This document shows, one piece after another, positions 1 to 13,494 of a stretch of 64,000 nt of DNA. Each line of letters opens with the position of its first letter. Position 1 is the stretch's first letter. The DNA comes from the human T2T-CHM13v2.0 reference genome, Homo sapiens: the NCBI RefSeq assembly GCF_009914755.1, contig NC_060937.1. The stretch is one strand, 5' to 3'. The notes beneath the pieces were generated by a model. That model ran no database searches and was not told where the DNA came from. It saw nothing but the letters and a program-made list of their open reading frames with translations. Both the position numbers and the translations under genes were made by a program.

Positions 1-1090
1 GTTGTGTTCCTTTGGAGGTGAGGAGGCATTTGGGATTTTGGAATTTTCAGCCTTTCTGCTCTGGTTTCCCCTAATCTTTGTGGTTTTATCTACCTTTGGT
101 CTTTGATGTTGGTGACCTACGGATGGGGTTTTGGTGTGGATGTCCTTCTTGTTGATGTTGATGCTATTCCTTTCTGTTTGTTAGTTTTCCTTCTAACAGG
201 CCCCTCAGCTGCAGGTCTGTTGGAGTTTGCCAGAGGTTCACTCCAGACTCTGTTTGCCTGGGTACCACCAGCAGAGGCTGCAGAACAGCAAATATTGCTG
301 CCTGATCCTTCCTCTGGAAGCTTCATCCCAGAGGAGCACCCACCTGTATGAGGTGTCTGTTGGCCCCAACTGGGAGATGTCTCCCAGTCAGGCTACACAG
401 GGGTCAGGGACCCACTTGAGGAGGCAGTCTGTCCGTTGTCAGAGCTCGAACGCTGCACCAGGAGAACTACTGCTCTCTTTAGAGCTGTCAGGCAGGGATG
501 TTTAAGTCTGGAGAAGCTGTCTGCTGCCTTTTGTTCAGATATACCCTGCCCCCAGAGGTGGAATCTAGAGAGGCAGTAGGCCTTGCTGAGCTGCAGTGGG
601 CTCCACCCAGTTCAAGCTTCCCTGCAGCTTTGTTACACTGTGAGCATAGAACCGTCTGCTCAAGCCTCAGCAATGGCAGATGCCCCTTCCCCCACCAAGC
701 TCCAGCAACCCAGGTTGATCTCAGACTGCTGCGCTAACAGCGAGCAAGGCTCCGTGGGCATGGGACCTGCCGAGCCAGGCCGGTTGCAAAGACTGTGGGG
801 AAAGTGCAGTATTTGGGCAGGAGTGTACCGTTCCTCCAGGTACAGTCACTCAGGGCTTCCCTTGGCTAGGAAAGGGAAATCCCCAGATCCCTTGTGCTTC
901 CCAGATGAGGCAACGCTCTGCCCTGCTTTGGCTTGCCCTCTGTGGGCCGCACCCACTGTCCATCCTGTCCCAGTGAGATGAACCAGGTACCTTAGATGGA
1001 AATGCAGAAATCACCCATCTTCTGCGTTGATCTCACTGGGAGCTGTTGACTGGAGCTGTTCCTATTCGGCCATCTTGGAAGTGACTCCCT
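1..1090 (-). mobile_element. L1PA (L1PA7/8-like) 5'UTR and ORF1 start; the element continues left of the window
   Basis: The minus strand starts GGGAGTCACTTCCAAGATGGCCGAATAGGAACAGCTCC, the L1 5' end with its YY1 motif. The ORF1 N-terminal region lies at 1-75, and the start-codon position reads ATT (75-73). Confidence 0.93.
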
Positions 1091-1190
1091 ATTTGTATAA
1101 ATTTAAAGGATACAAGTGAAGTTTTGTTATACAGATATATTGAATAATGAAGTCTAGGCTTTTATTGTAATTATCATCTGAATAATTTTT
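1091..1190 (-). mobile_element. Old L1 (L1MA/L1PB-type) 3' end fragment
   Basis: tttgtataaatttaaaggatacaagtgaagttttgttatacagatatattg...gaagtctaggctttta resembles an antisense L1MA 3' terminus. Confidence 0.6.
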
Positions 1191-1635
1191 TAAAGTTCTC
1201 TTTGTTTTCTGGATTATGTTTTCTCTCGTATCAATTAAATTTAAAATGTTTGGATAAGAAATAGACTGACACCTTGACCTTCAACCTCTCTCCTCACACT
1301 AGTTTTCCACAGGCAAATTGCTTAATTTCTATTTAAAAATAGATGGGGGTGGTTACTTCATTTATTTTGCCTAGAGGTGAATTCTGAGCTGCTTATTGTT
1401 GGCACCTGCTAGAATAAAGATGGGAGGTTAGAAACTGGTATATTTCTATAGCCACCCATTTCCTTTTCTGTTTCCCTCCCCTCCCTTCCTAGTTACCAGT
1501 GGACTCTGAATTTTCAGGTTGCTCTGGTGCTTCTCCAGGAAGATTGGCTGTTACCTCTACAGCCGACAGGTTATACTAGCTACTGACAATATAATGCAGC
1601 AGGAACTGTGGACGTTTTCCTGATGTTTTAGTGTT

Positions 1636-1668
1636 ACACACACACACACACGCAAACACACACACACC
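1636..1668. repeat. Interrupted (CA)n microsatellite
   Basis: Seen directly in the sequence. Confidence 0.9.
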
Positions 1669-1864
1669 ACTCAAATTCAGGTCTTTAATTATCTGTTTTG
1701 CTATCATTTATTTCAGATGATTTCAAATCCATGACTTTGAAAGATCTTCAAATGAAATTATTTTGCCACCTAGTTAGAATGCTTTGGTCTCATTATCAAG
1801 TTTCTTTTATAATGTACCTATTAGGAATGAACGTGATGAGAATCAGTAAATAACAAATCTAAAC

Positions 1865-2465
1865 ATATTAATTCACTTGTTCTACAGCTACTTACTGTGT
1901 ACGCTATGATGTGGGCATTGTGTTAGGCTCTGGTGACAAAGCAGTTAAAGACACTGTTCCTGACCTCAAGAACTTTGTACTTTAGTCAGCAAGATATGCA
2001 AGTAAAACCACAATTGTAATACTGTGTATGCTTACCCTTTAGGCATTCCCAGGACATTGTATAGATACAGACATGCATTATTATACAAACTGAGCGAAGA
2101 GGAAGGTTTTCAGTAGGTTACTGAGTTGAATTTGGAGGAGTTTTGAAGTTAGCCAGGAAAAGAGAAGACATATAGTCTGGGCAGATGGAGTGCCTTAGTT
2201 AAAGGTACAGGGATTTCTAATTTTGGGAACTACAGCTTGTTCAGTATGTTAAAGGTGTATTATGCATATGGGAAGATGAAGATGAAGGTGGGTAAAGATC
2301 CAGGGGGGACACAGGTCCCAATCACAGTGAACCTATGTGATGCACCGCTGACGAGCTTGGAATTTACCCCAAGGATGAGGTGAACCACTGAAGGATTTCA
2401 AATAAGTGGGTAGCATGATCAGAATTACATTTTAGAAAGGTCACTCTAGATGCTGTGTGGAGACT
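1865..2465 (-). mobile_element. L2 fragments
   Basis: Contains gggcattgtgttaggctctggtgacaaagcag...cctgacctcaag and gcatgatcagaattacattttagaaaggtcactct, which are antisense L2 3'-region motifs. Confidence 0.65.
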
Positions 2466-2884
2466 TAGAATTATTTCCTCTAATCAGTGTGATGCTGTGG
2501 GGGATTTATTTTATTTCTGCTGAGATCCAGCAGTGTTAGTTAAGGGCTAGGCTGGTCTGCTTACCTCCTTGTTCTAATCCTCTCCAAATTAGGAGGTATC
2601 AGTGAAGATTCTCAGTAAATTGGCAACTCACCTTTTTTTCCCTAGTACCATTGCTAGGGGTTGGATTGGGAGTGGTTAGAAGTGTGAAGCTATGACGGAA
2701 TGTTCTGCTTTAATCATGGCCACCATTTTAGCAAAACTTAGGGTATTAAGTTGAACCCTTTTCTTATTTAGTTGCTTCTGATAATTATTGTTATTACTAG
2801 CTAATGTTCATAAGTTTTTCTTCATATCATTAGGTATGGGAGAAAGCAAATGCTGTGATCTAGTTTCTTCCCCACCTTTGGTTA

Positions 2885-3372
2885 AATTGTGCTTTCCAGG
2901 ACAATAGCCACTAGTCACAAATGGCTGCTGAACACTTGAAATGTAGCTAATCTGAATGGAGATAGTCTGTAAATGTAAAGTACACACTGATTTCAAAGAT
3001 TTAGTAAGAAAGGTAAGAAAGTATAGCATTGCAATAATTTTATAGTGAATACATATTGAAATTATATAATATTTTAGGTATATTGAATAAAGATAGATTT
3101 TTAAATCATTCCACTTATTTCTTTTTACTTTTGTAATGTGGTTTCTGGAAAATGTAAAATTATATATTGGTTCACTTTTTTTTTTATTGTTTTTTTAGAA
3201 ACGGTGTCTTGCTGGGTCACCCAGGCTGGTTGCAGTGGAACAATCACGGCTCACTGCAGCCTCAAATTCCTGGGCTCAACTGAGCCTCCCAACTCAGCTT
3301 TGCAAGTTGTTGGGATTACAGGTGTGAGCCATCACACTGGGCTCACATACTTTTACTGGACCACAGTGACTT
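2885..3372. mobile_element. MER33/MER3-type hAT-Charlie element interrupted by an Alu monomer
   Basis: ccactagtcacaaatggctgctgaacacttgaaatgtagcta...gtaaagtacacactgatttcaaagatttagta. Confidence 0.7.
3176..3345 (-). mobile_element. Alu monomer (FRAM/AluJ-like)
   Basis: Poly-T followed by cacccaggctggttgcagtgg...ctcactgcagcctc...gggattacaggtgtgagcc; a single arm only. Confidence 0.85.
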
Positions 3373-3449
3373 AGAAAACTCTCCTTTATTCATTTAAAAA
3401 TAGCATATCAACAGTGTTTAAGGGATTTTTTTTTAAAGTAAGTTAATCT

Positions 3450-3900
3450 ATTCGGATAATAAGTATTTATTGAGTACCATGTTAGAACTGTGGTGGCAAA
3501 TAAAACAAAGTCTTAGCTCTCATGTAGCTTATATTTGAGTGCGGGAAGCAGACAATTCACAAATAAGCCAATAAATACACAATGTAACTCTAGTTAGTGG
3601 CGAGTAGTATGGAGGAAGTAGAGCAGAGTACGAGAATTTCCTGAGGCTCTGCTGGGAAAGACAGAGCCTCTTGTAGATAAGTGGGTCAGATAAAGCATCT
3701 TGGAGGAGAAATCCCTTGAACAGAAACTACAAGTGATGAGCAGTGGCAAGCTAAGTGAACTTCATAGGTGAGAGGATCACCAGCAGAGGGAACTGCAAAT
3801 GAAGAGTCCCTGAGGCAGGCACAAGATCAGTGTGTTAAAAAAAGTGTTTGTGGCTGGAGCAGAGGGAGGCAGGAGAGTGGTAGCAGATGCCGTGGCTAAG
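3450..3900 (-). mobile_element. L2 fragment (continues at ~5270-5550 after the Charlie insertion)
   Basis: aagtatttattgagtacc...; agagggaactgcaaatgaagagtccctgaggcagg...gtggctggagcagag. Confidence 0.65.
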
Positions 3901-3904
3901 TAGG

Positions 3905-5267
3905 TAGCATTGTTCTCAAAGTATAACTCACAGACCCCTGGAGATCCCAAGACTGTCAGGGGTGTCTTCAGGGTCAAAGCTATTTTAGTGTGTTAATATT
4001 TGCACTGATGATGGAAGCCATGGTGGAGCCCTAGTGCCTTTCAAGGTGGGGGCACTAAACTCTTGTAGTCCCTATATTCTCATTGCCATTCAGGACCAAC
4101 ACACATAATGCCAGCTTCACTTAAGACTGACCTTGGTAAAGCAGTGAAATTATTAATTACATTAAATCTTGAGCTGTGAGTACACATCTTTTTAACATTC
4201 TTTTTAATACGATGAGAAGTACATGCTAAATACTTCTGCTGCATACTCAGATAAAATGGTTATCCCAAGGAAAAGCACCAGGGTGATTGAATTGTAAGCT
4301 TTACTTGCCGTGTTTTTCATGGAACACTGTTTTTACTTGAAACAATATCTTACAAATTAGTTATTCAGACTCAGGTATTTAGCAAACATTTTCTCAAAAA
4401 TGAACTTATCACTTCAAAAGTGAGCCTATTCACTTTGAGGAAAACAAATGACATTATTTGTTGCTAATGATAAAATTTAAGATTTCAAGAGAATATTAGA
4501 ACTTTTTGGAAAAGTGTCAACCTCCATGAGCTGCTTGACAGGGGCCCAATACTGATGAAATTGTTGGTGAAATTAATAAATATGTTTTTGATATTATGTA
4601 ATAAAATATGACAACATTTAAAAGTTCTGCATAACTCAATGAACCTATAGTTTCCAATGTTTAATACGTAATATCAAAAATCATCTCTGGGTAAAAGATT
4701 CATTTAAAGTTGACAATGTATTTTACTATAACACTGTACAAAAGGTTCATTCGTAAAGCTTCAGATTCCACATTGCAAATAACTCTGAAGACATTACCAC
4801 TTACATGTTGTACCAAAGAAAAATATCCCCAATTATCTGAAAATACTACTAAGATATCCCTGACTTTTCGAACATATTTGTCAGGACTAGATTTTCTTTA
4901 CATCCTTCAGTGAAAATAACATATTAAAATGGATTAAATGCAGAAGCAGATAGGGTAATCCAGCTTTCTTTTTTTAGGCCAGACAGTAAAAAGATTTGCA
5001 AAATATGAAACAATGGCACCCTTTTCAGATTTCGGGAGTAAGTTAGTATAATAATATTTTTTCATAAAAATATGTTCTTACCATGGCATATATTTACTAT
5101 TGCCATTTATAAACAAATTAGTAAACTAATATTTCTAATATGTATCATTTTTAATTTCAAATACAGTAGATATCAGCAGACATAACCTACATAAACAAAA
5201 TATTTTGGGATTCTTCAATAATTGTTAGGAATTTAAGGAGTCCTTGAAGCCAAATTGAGAACTGCTG
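3905..5267. mobile_element. Charlie1-type hAT DNA transposon (internally deleted) inserted in L2
   Basis: Terminal inverted repeats gcattgttctcaa ... ttgagaactgctg. The internal sequence is Charlie1-like (gtttttcatggaacactgtttttacttgaaa, ttattcagactcaggtatttagcaaacattttctc). Confidence 0.75.
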
Positions 5268-5269
5268 AT

Positions 5270-5550
5270 CTAGAGTTAGAAATTTGGATTGTATTCTAAG
5301 TATAATGGAATAGCATAGTTAGAATTTAAGCATAGGGTATGACAAATCTAATTTATATATAAAGTATTACTGTAGCTACTGAAGACAAGGGTGTATCATA
5401 AGAGGGGCTATATGGAGGCCAGTTAGGATGCGCAAATTAAGAGATGAAGTCTTGAATCAGGGTAGTCATGTTAGATGCAGTAAGAATGCATTGGATTCAG
5501 ATATATTAATATTTACAAGGTAGAACCTGAAATTTACTGATGATTCATAT
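5270..5550 (-). mobile_element. L2 fragment
   Basis: tttggattgtattctaag...tttaagcatagggtatgaca...ggaggccagttagga. Confidence 0.55.
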
Positions 5551-6582
5551 GTCTATAATATTTTACCTCATTCTTATTTATCCATATGCCTTTCTACCTT
5601 TTGATCATATGCATACATGAATTTATGTAATTGCAACCATAGTTATCTTACATTTTATATTCTTCATTATTTGGTTATCTTTTTATTATAAACTTTTTAA
5701 CATGTTGAGTCTTGATCTTCATAGCCATTATTCTCAAGTTTGCCTATTACTATGTAAACCAAATGTGCCATAATTCATTTATGATTTTTGCTTATTTAAC
5801 ATTTAGATGATTTTTTAAATATTAGGGCTAAATCACATTGTATTTATCTGCATTTGTAATGGCTTTCTTCTATCAAATTATTTTCTTAGCATAAATTTAG
5901 ATAGGATCACCCTTATCTTTTATTATACAAGAGCAAACTGTCTATTTTAAACAATACTCATTTCTCCTCTCCATTATTCTAGAGGTTGCTGGTAATAAGG
6001 CCAAGTGTGTCCAAATTTTATTTGTCTCAATACCTCAAGGAATAACATGAATCCAAGAACATGGAGGGTAACAGACCAGAAATTAGACTTGGGGCTGATC
6101 TTCAAGTTCTATGATTAGATTGGAGATAGTCTCTGATGAGCACTGAATGATGCTCTGAAAATGAGGCATTTATAGGCAGAAAAAGAGTGACCAAAATCAT
6201 TGCTACTTAGAATATGGTCAGTGGACCAACTGCATAGGATTTCATTAAGAAAATATGATGGACTTGTTGTTTTTGTTTGTTTTGCAAATGAAGTTTGGGA
6301 GTAAGGACTTGGAGCACTGCCCATCTGACTTCCTCTTTTCAGCTCCCAAAGTACCTCTTAAGATTCCTAGGGATTAATGGAACATAATTTGAAATCCCAT
6401 GATCTGGATAGTGAATGCAGTCACTCAGCTCACATGTAGTGCCTACCTTCTCTGTACCAGATTTGCAGTAGGTTCTGGAAAGATAAGATAAATAACCCCT
6501 TACTTGAAAGTTGACCCAAATAGAAGCCTCAGAACTTCATCTTAATTCTTCCTTTACACAGATATTCTTTAACTGATCAGTT

Positions 6583-6749
6583 TCTTTTTTCTTTCCCTTT
6601 TTTTTTTTTTTGGAAACAGGTACTCACTTTGTCGCCCAGGCTTGAGTGTGGTAGATCAATCATAGCTCACTACAGCCTGGACCTCCTGGGCTCAAGTGAT
6701 CCTCCCACCTCAAACTGAGATTATAGGCATGAGCCACCATGTCTGGCCT
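6583..6749 (-). mobile_element. Alu monomer (FRAM/FLAM/AluJ-like)
   Basis: Poly-T, then gtcgcccaggc...atagctcactacagcct...ctcctgggctcaagtgatcctccc...ggcatgagccaccatgtctggcc. Confidence 0.85.
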
Positions 6750-6944
6750 AACTCATCAGTTTCTAAAACCATTCTTTCTACTTCTGATACGTCTTTGAAA
6801 TCTATTCCCTCCATTCTATTTCCAGCAACAGTTTGGTCTTTGTCATCAATCACTTGGACTACTACTGGACTGCCCTGGCTATGGTGTTTTCTTATTGATC
6901 ATTTATCCTCAAACTGTTGTCAGTCACCCACTACCCTCTTGAGA

Positions 6945-7090
6945 CACAAATTTTAATGTGCATTAGAATCACCTGGGTTCTTGTCAAATTGCAGATTTTG
7001 ATTTAGTGTATCTGATGATTCTGCATTTCTGACAAGTTTCACATGAGTACTGTTCAGTTGGTCCATTGATCACACTCTGAGTAGCAATGA
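6945..7090. mobile_element. MER5A-type hAT element
   Basis: ttttaatgtgcattagaatcacctggg...tgcagattttgatttagt...tctgcatttctgacaagtt...cacactctgagtagca. Confidence 0.7.
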
Positions 7091-7699
7091 TTTAGATCAT
7101 TCTTTTTTGCTTCTAAGCACCTCATCTTCAGAGCATCATTCTATGCTGATCAGAGAATATCTCTAATATCTCCAATATATTCTAGCCATATCTCTTTCCA
7201 CTTTCTCTCTCTCTACACACTCTCCTTTCTGCCCTCATCATTGTGCTAATAATTCTTCTAATAAACAATGAATTTATTTGTAATAAAGTAAAAGTTCGGA
7301 AATCCCTCTTCCCCACCATTTTGCCCCATAGCCAGGCTCTGAGAGATCCAAATTCTCCTGATTTGGTGACAAATTAATATTTGTAAAAACGAGAAGTTAA
7401 ATGGATTAAATATGAAGTTAAATATGGATTAAACCATATTTTACAGATGTTCATTTATTGTTTTCACACATACTGTGGAAGATTTTATTTATTTCCAAGT
7501 AGTTACTGTAAGATCATTACAAGCTCAAAGTTTAGTAGAGTGTACTGAGAATGTTCTGTCTTTGTATTGGCTGGATACTAGTTAGCATAAATTTCAATTC
7601 ATGATAATTATAAGAAGCCTTGAGCTGTTTCCTCTATTTATTGCTCTCTGGTGCAGGTCAGCAGGGCAGAGGGTGGTCTGTGACCCATTAATGCTTTTG

Positions 7700-7795
7700 C
7701 AGCCATTACCATCTTCATTTCCTCACCTGTGAAACGGAGGTTTTATTTGCCTTACCTGCCTACCTGGGGTGTCATGAAAGCCAAATGAGACAACG
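7700..7795 (+). mobile_element. MIR fragment
   Basis: MIR core: ttcatttcctcacctgtgaaacggagg...ggggtgtcatgaaagccaaatgaga. Confidence 0.6.
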
Positions 7796-8655
7796 ACAAT
7801 CGTAACAGCAACCATCACCACTATTCCTTATCTCATAGAATTACTTTTCTTATTGTAAAAGCCACTAGAAGTCAAGTAGCTGATATGTGCCAGTCATCAC
7901 TGTTGGGGCAACGTGTATAATAAGTAATTCCTGCTGCCTCTCTCCTGAGTCCTTTCACTTTTGAGAAATAAACACAATGGTCTCTGATATCAGTTTTATC
8001 ACAGACAAAGCTGGAGGAAGAAAACAACTTCGATTTGAGGCCCATCTGGGATTCCTTCTCTTTCTCTTCTAAATAGAACATACCTACCTCCCAAAGCCGA
8101 TGTGTTAGACAAGTAACAGCAGGCCGTCTGGTCACCTGAGCCCTACCTGGTCCCCAGCAAGGGAAAGGCCCATCCCAGGCTGGATCCAGAGTACAGTCAG
8201 GCCTCTCAGTATGCTGTCACCCTTTCCTGGGAAGCTAGGAAAGACTGTATCAGGAAGACTGAGAACTGAGTCCCCTATACTTCTGAAAGGGGAATTCTTA
8301 TTTGATGGGGAATAACGGGCATCTAAAAAGAGAGAAACATTGTTTATTCCATGTATACATTATTCTGTTTAATCCCTGCAACTGTACTTTGATATACATA
8401 TTATTTTCCCGATGAGAAATACAAGGCTTAGCTTGTTTTAGAAACTTGCTCAAGTTCTTTCAGCTAGTTTGCATATGCAAATGTGTTGCACACTCTCAAC
8501 TCTTTAGTAATAATGAAACACTTGAGGTCTGGGGGTTTTATCGGGAAAAGTATTTGCTAACTATGGGACTGGTTCACAAGGAGTAGGTGCAAAAGGAGAA
8601 TGTTGATAGAAGCCCAAGATATTCTAAGCAGGACTCAAAGAAGGTGAGAAAATGC

Positions 8656-8984
8656 TTGACCTGAACTTCAGGAAGTAAAAAATTACTGAAAGCACGGAGA
8701 TCTGAGTTTGAGAATGAGGCTGCAGGAGAAAATTTGTGCTAGGCTAACAAAGAGAACCTTTCCTAATAGTACTAGGAACCTGGTTGTCTACCTAAATCAC
8801 TGAACAAAAGAAGGTGGTTGACCCGAACTTCAGGAAGTCAAAAAATTACTGAAAGCATGGAGGTCTGAATTTGAGAATGAGGCTACAGGAGAAAATTTGT
8901 GCCAGGATAACAAAGAGGACCTTTCCTAATAGTACTAGGGACCCAATTGTCTACTTAAACCACTGATGGAACAAAAAGAGGGTG
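8656..8984. repeat. Direct tandem duplication, two copies with a period of ~162 bp
   Basis: The units start ttgacctgaacttcagg (8656) and ttgacccgaacttcagg (8818) and are roughly 90% identical by eye. Confidence 0.95.
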
Positions 8985-10214
8985 GGAGGGGAACAAGCAT
9001 AGACAATCATATTCTCAGCCACTTTTGCTTGCCTGATAAGACCAAGCTGTCTCCAATGTTTCCCTGAAGTGGAAGCTGTTTCCAGGAGGTGGTTTGCACG
9101 CAGCATTTCTAGGCAGGAGGTTAAAAGCTCTAACATAAGATGCATACTTAATGTGATTTTCTGCTTCATTCTCCTTTAAAGATAAACTGGGGAAGCTAAA
9201 GTGTCAATGTTTGTAGCTTCATTCTCTGTTGTAATTGGATGATATTGCTTGCATTTGAAATGGGAGCCAAGCGAAGAGAAACTAAAAACTTCTTAAATGG
9301 TGCTTTGATTCTTCAGGGGGGTAGAGACACAGAGACTGATGAGTTATTTGGACCCTCCTAAGAAAAACCCCTGATGTTGTCAAGCCCTCCACATTTATTT
9401 ACTTAAAAACAAGCTTCTCATTCCTCAGAGTTTCAGAAATGATCCTGTATGTTATTGACAAATAATAATTTAATGGACAGCCTGATTAGATGGCCACAAT
9501 GAATTAGCTATCAGCCTGACAGCCATGCAAGCATTATGTTCTGCATCTGTTTACTCAGCACTAGGTGAAATACAGAAGTCTATTGAAAATCTGATTTCCA
9601 TGCTGCTTTGTCAAAGCAAATTTAATCACAGCCAGAACACGTGGCATCCATCATTTCCACTTCAGAAGACATCAACGGGGGCAGATCAGCAACAAGGAGC
9701 TGGGCTGCCATGGCTGTCCTCCACTCACATGAAAATTAAATTTAACTATAGATCCTTGATAAATGAGGCCGCGGAAGCCATCAAACATGATGACTAAGTG
9801 CTCGGTATTAAAGTCATCACCAGAGGCCCCAAACTGGAGAGAAGCACAGTCTCATTTGATCCGGCCTTGAGGTCTTTGCAGGCATTCACACCTCTGCTAT
9901 GGACAGATAAGTATGGGCTTTAGCATACTGCCCCAGGGGGTCCAGAGATGATTTTTCTGGAACTCTTTACTTGGTATTTGCTTTTCCAGAAGTTTCTGTG
10001 AGAGCTGTCATAGTCACTTGCCCTATCCATCCTTTCCTTACACACACCTTCCCTTTCTCATCATTCATTCCGCCCATCAGGCATTGCTTCTCCAGCCCCC
10101 AAATGACTCTTGGATCTCAGCTGTTTTTAAAATGTTTCTTCTCTAGCATCACACATTATTCCTCCCTCAGACTCCAAGTTAGGGGGAAATAAGACCACAG
10201 ACACAGTTTTGTGG

Positions 10215-10345
10215 ACTGCCAAGTCGGTGAGCTGTTTGAGGGCAGGGACCATTTTACTGATGTATTTTTTAGCCCTACAGCATATGACACATAGACTGGG
10301 CTGGATTCCTGTATGTCAAAGGAATGGGTGAGCAAATGGATGCTC
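10215..10345 (+). mobile_element. L2 3' end fragment
   Basis: gtgagctgtttgagggcagggacc...catatgacacatag...gaatgggtgagcaaatggatg. Confidence 0.5.
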
Positions 10346-10680
10346 ATGGAACTCAGTGGAATGTTCTAATCTAGGATTTAGAGCCATCTCTTTTCTAATG
10401 TAATCCAGATATATATACTGGCTGTATTATTAAATATCTGCAGGATAATTATGTATACCCACTTCTTTGAAATTCAGTTTCAATGACTAGCTAATCAAAC
10501 TGACTTTTATATGTCTCAGTTTTAAATGGTGTATTTAATCCCATCCATCCCGTGTGGTTGTTAGGGGGTCTAAATGCAATAATTTATTAATACTAATTGG
10601 CACAGGGCCTCCATACGTGAAGAATCAACATATGTTAGCTTCCATCATTGTCATCATCATCACCATTGTGGTTGTCACTA

Positions 10681-11072
<392 letters not shown>

Positions 11073-11366
11073 GAGGAACGCAGAACAGACTGTGAAAGCA
11101 TAGCATTTCAAAGTAAGGCCTGCCCAGCTGTGTATTGAGAAACCTGACTTAGTGGGAACATATCTAGGCCTTGGAGGGTAAGTCATTGTAGGCAGAGAGT
11201 CCTGAATAATGTGGAAATAGAAGTGTGCCTGGGACTGGGGTAGAAACATGAATCCAGGAATGGGACATGAAGGAGACAGGCCTAACTTTAGTAGAAGAAG
11301 GTTTGATTGGGGATTCGTAGAAGATTATTCTATAGGTATGCGTGGAGTTAAAAGTTGGAGAATCTT

Positions 11367-11750
<384 letters not shown>

Positions 11751-13138
11751 TCACATATAAAAGTGAATAATTAATATAATGGGGGATGAGAGGCTGGGAA
11801 AAGAGATAACAGGTAGTAGATGAGGGAATATGAGTAAGGGACAAACATAATGCATCTTCTAGAGGAAGAATCAGTGGGTTTGGGTGACTCTTCTGTGTTC
11901 ATTGCCAGACAGTGAGAAGCACATTGCTGTTGAGAAGCAAAGTCCCTTTCCTAATGCCAGCAAGAGGGAAAGGCAGGATGAGTTCACCTCCCTCCAAACT
12001 GATTGACTTGCTGGAATAATTTAAAGTGTTACTAATTGAGATAGCTCTACAGCGTGAGAGCACTGTGCACATGGAGTTATATTTATACCTCCTTCTTTTT
12101 AACCTCATCAAATGCCAATTTAAAAACTTATAGTCAATAGTCAAGCACATTTTAACTCCCCTGGAAAAATTATGATGGGCCCTTATGTGTACCCCCATGC
12201 TTAAATTTTCAACGTGAAGCATTCAAAGGGAGTTTGGACTGAGTACTGTCTACCTTCTTAGCAGATTTACATGAACATTTTTCGAAGTTGTTATAAAAAT
12301 TGTTAAAGCCTTTTCCTGGTATCTCTTGGAAACACTTAGAAGCTTTGGCAGAAATCGTTGTCTTTGGTCTAATCACATATTTCCAAAGGCAGTTTACAAA
12401 ACATGTTATTTTGCTATTTACTAATTATATTTATTTGATACAGCAATCACTTAATAGCCTCTGGCTGCATTTACAAATAGTATTGAAAAAGCTCCCGCTG
12501 TTACACTTATAATTTATTATAGACAACATAAAAATAAGATGCTCTCCCTCTGTGTGCATAACACACACAGGGATGCTTAGAGAAAAATTCTGTACAGATC
12601 CAGAATGATCAAATATAAAGGGCAGTTTTAGCTGGGAGCGTTCGTTTCTTTGTAGACAGTTGGAGATTGTGGCTCTTCTCTATCTGTGGTTGGAGAGAGG
12701 AGAGGCAAAGTCATGCTTGTGATACTGGCTTTAGTTGGCCCAGAAAGGTGGAAAACTGTGTCCTCAAGGGACAGATTGGTGCTTGCCACCCTCTACCATT
12801 TTTCAGGATAATCTGAAACAGCCAGGTAGAATGTGGCCCTCAGGGATCTCAAAGAGCCCATGACTAGTAATACTTTCTCTGGAGATGTTTATGCAAAAAT
12901 ACTGTCTTATGCAGAAACCACCAAAGTTGTGTGGTTTCAGTAGTATGCCAACAGCCCACTTTTTTGGGGGGGATTGGAAATCTTCCACCTACCTATACAG
13001 GTGGTCCATTTTAGCCTCTTCTCATTTGAATAGTCATTATTTAAACATTTATCAGGCACCTGCCTTGTGTAAGATGTAAGAATCCTCTGCGAAGCCCATA
13101 CTCTGGTAGTTAGAATAAAGCACTTCTCTCTTGCTTCC

Positions 13139-13494
13139 TGTATTAGTCTGTTTTCACACTCCTGATAAAGACATACCCAAGATTGGGTAATTTATAAAGA
13201 AAAAGGTTTAATGGACTTACAATTCCATGTGGCTGGGGAGGCCTCATAATCATGGTGGATGGCGAAAGGCATATCTTACGTGGAAGCAGGCAAGAGAGAA
13301 TGAGAACGAAGAGAAAGAGGAAACCCCTTATAAAACCATCAGATCTTGTGAGACTTAACTACCACGAGAACAGTATGGGGGAAACCACCCCTATGATTCA
13401 GTTATCTCCCAGGGGTCCCTCCCACAACATGTGGGAATTATGGGAGCTACAATTCAAGATGAGATTTGGGTGGGGACACAGCTAAACCATATCA
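13139..13494 (-). mobile_element. THE1 solo LTR (MaLR)
   Basis: Runs tgtattagtctgttttcacac ... ggggacacagctaaaccatatca; near-matching 5-bp TSD cttcc/cctcc. Confidence 0.93.

Noticed and set aside
103-981. ORFs up to 132 aa at the window start, possibly L1 ORF0
   Set aside because: They lie in the antisense L1PA 5'UTR, and I could not recognise an intact ORF0 peptide.
8468-8481. 14-bp palindrome TTTGCATATGCAAA overlapping an octamer
   Set aside because: Palindromes of this length are expected by chance several times in 64 kb, and there is no supporting context.
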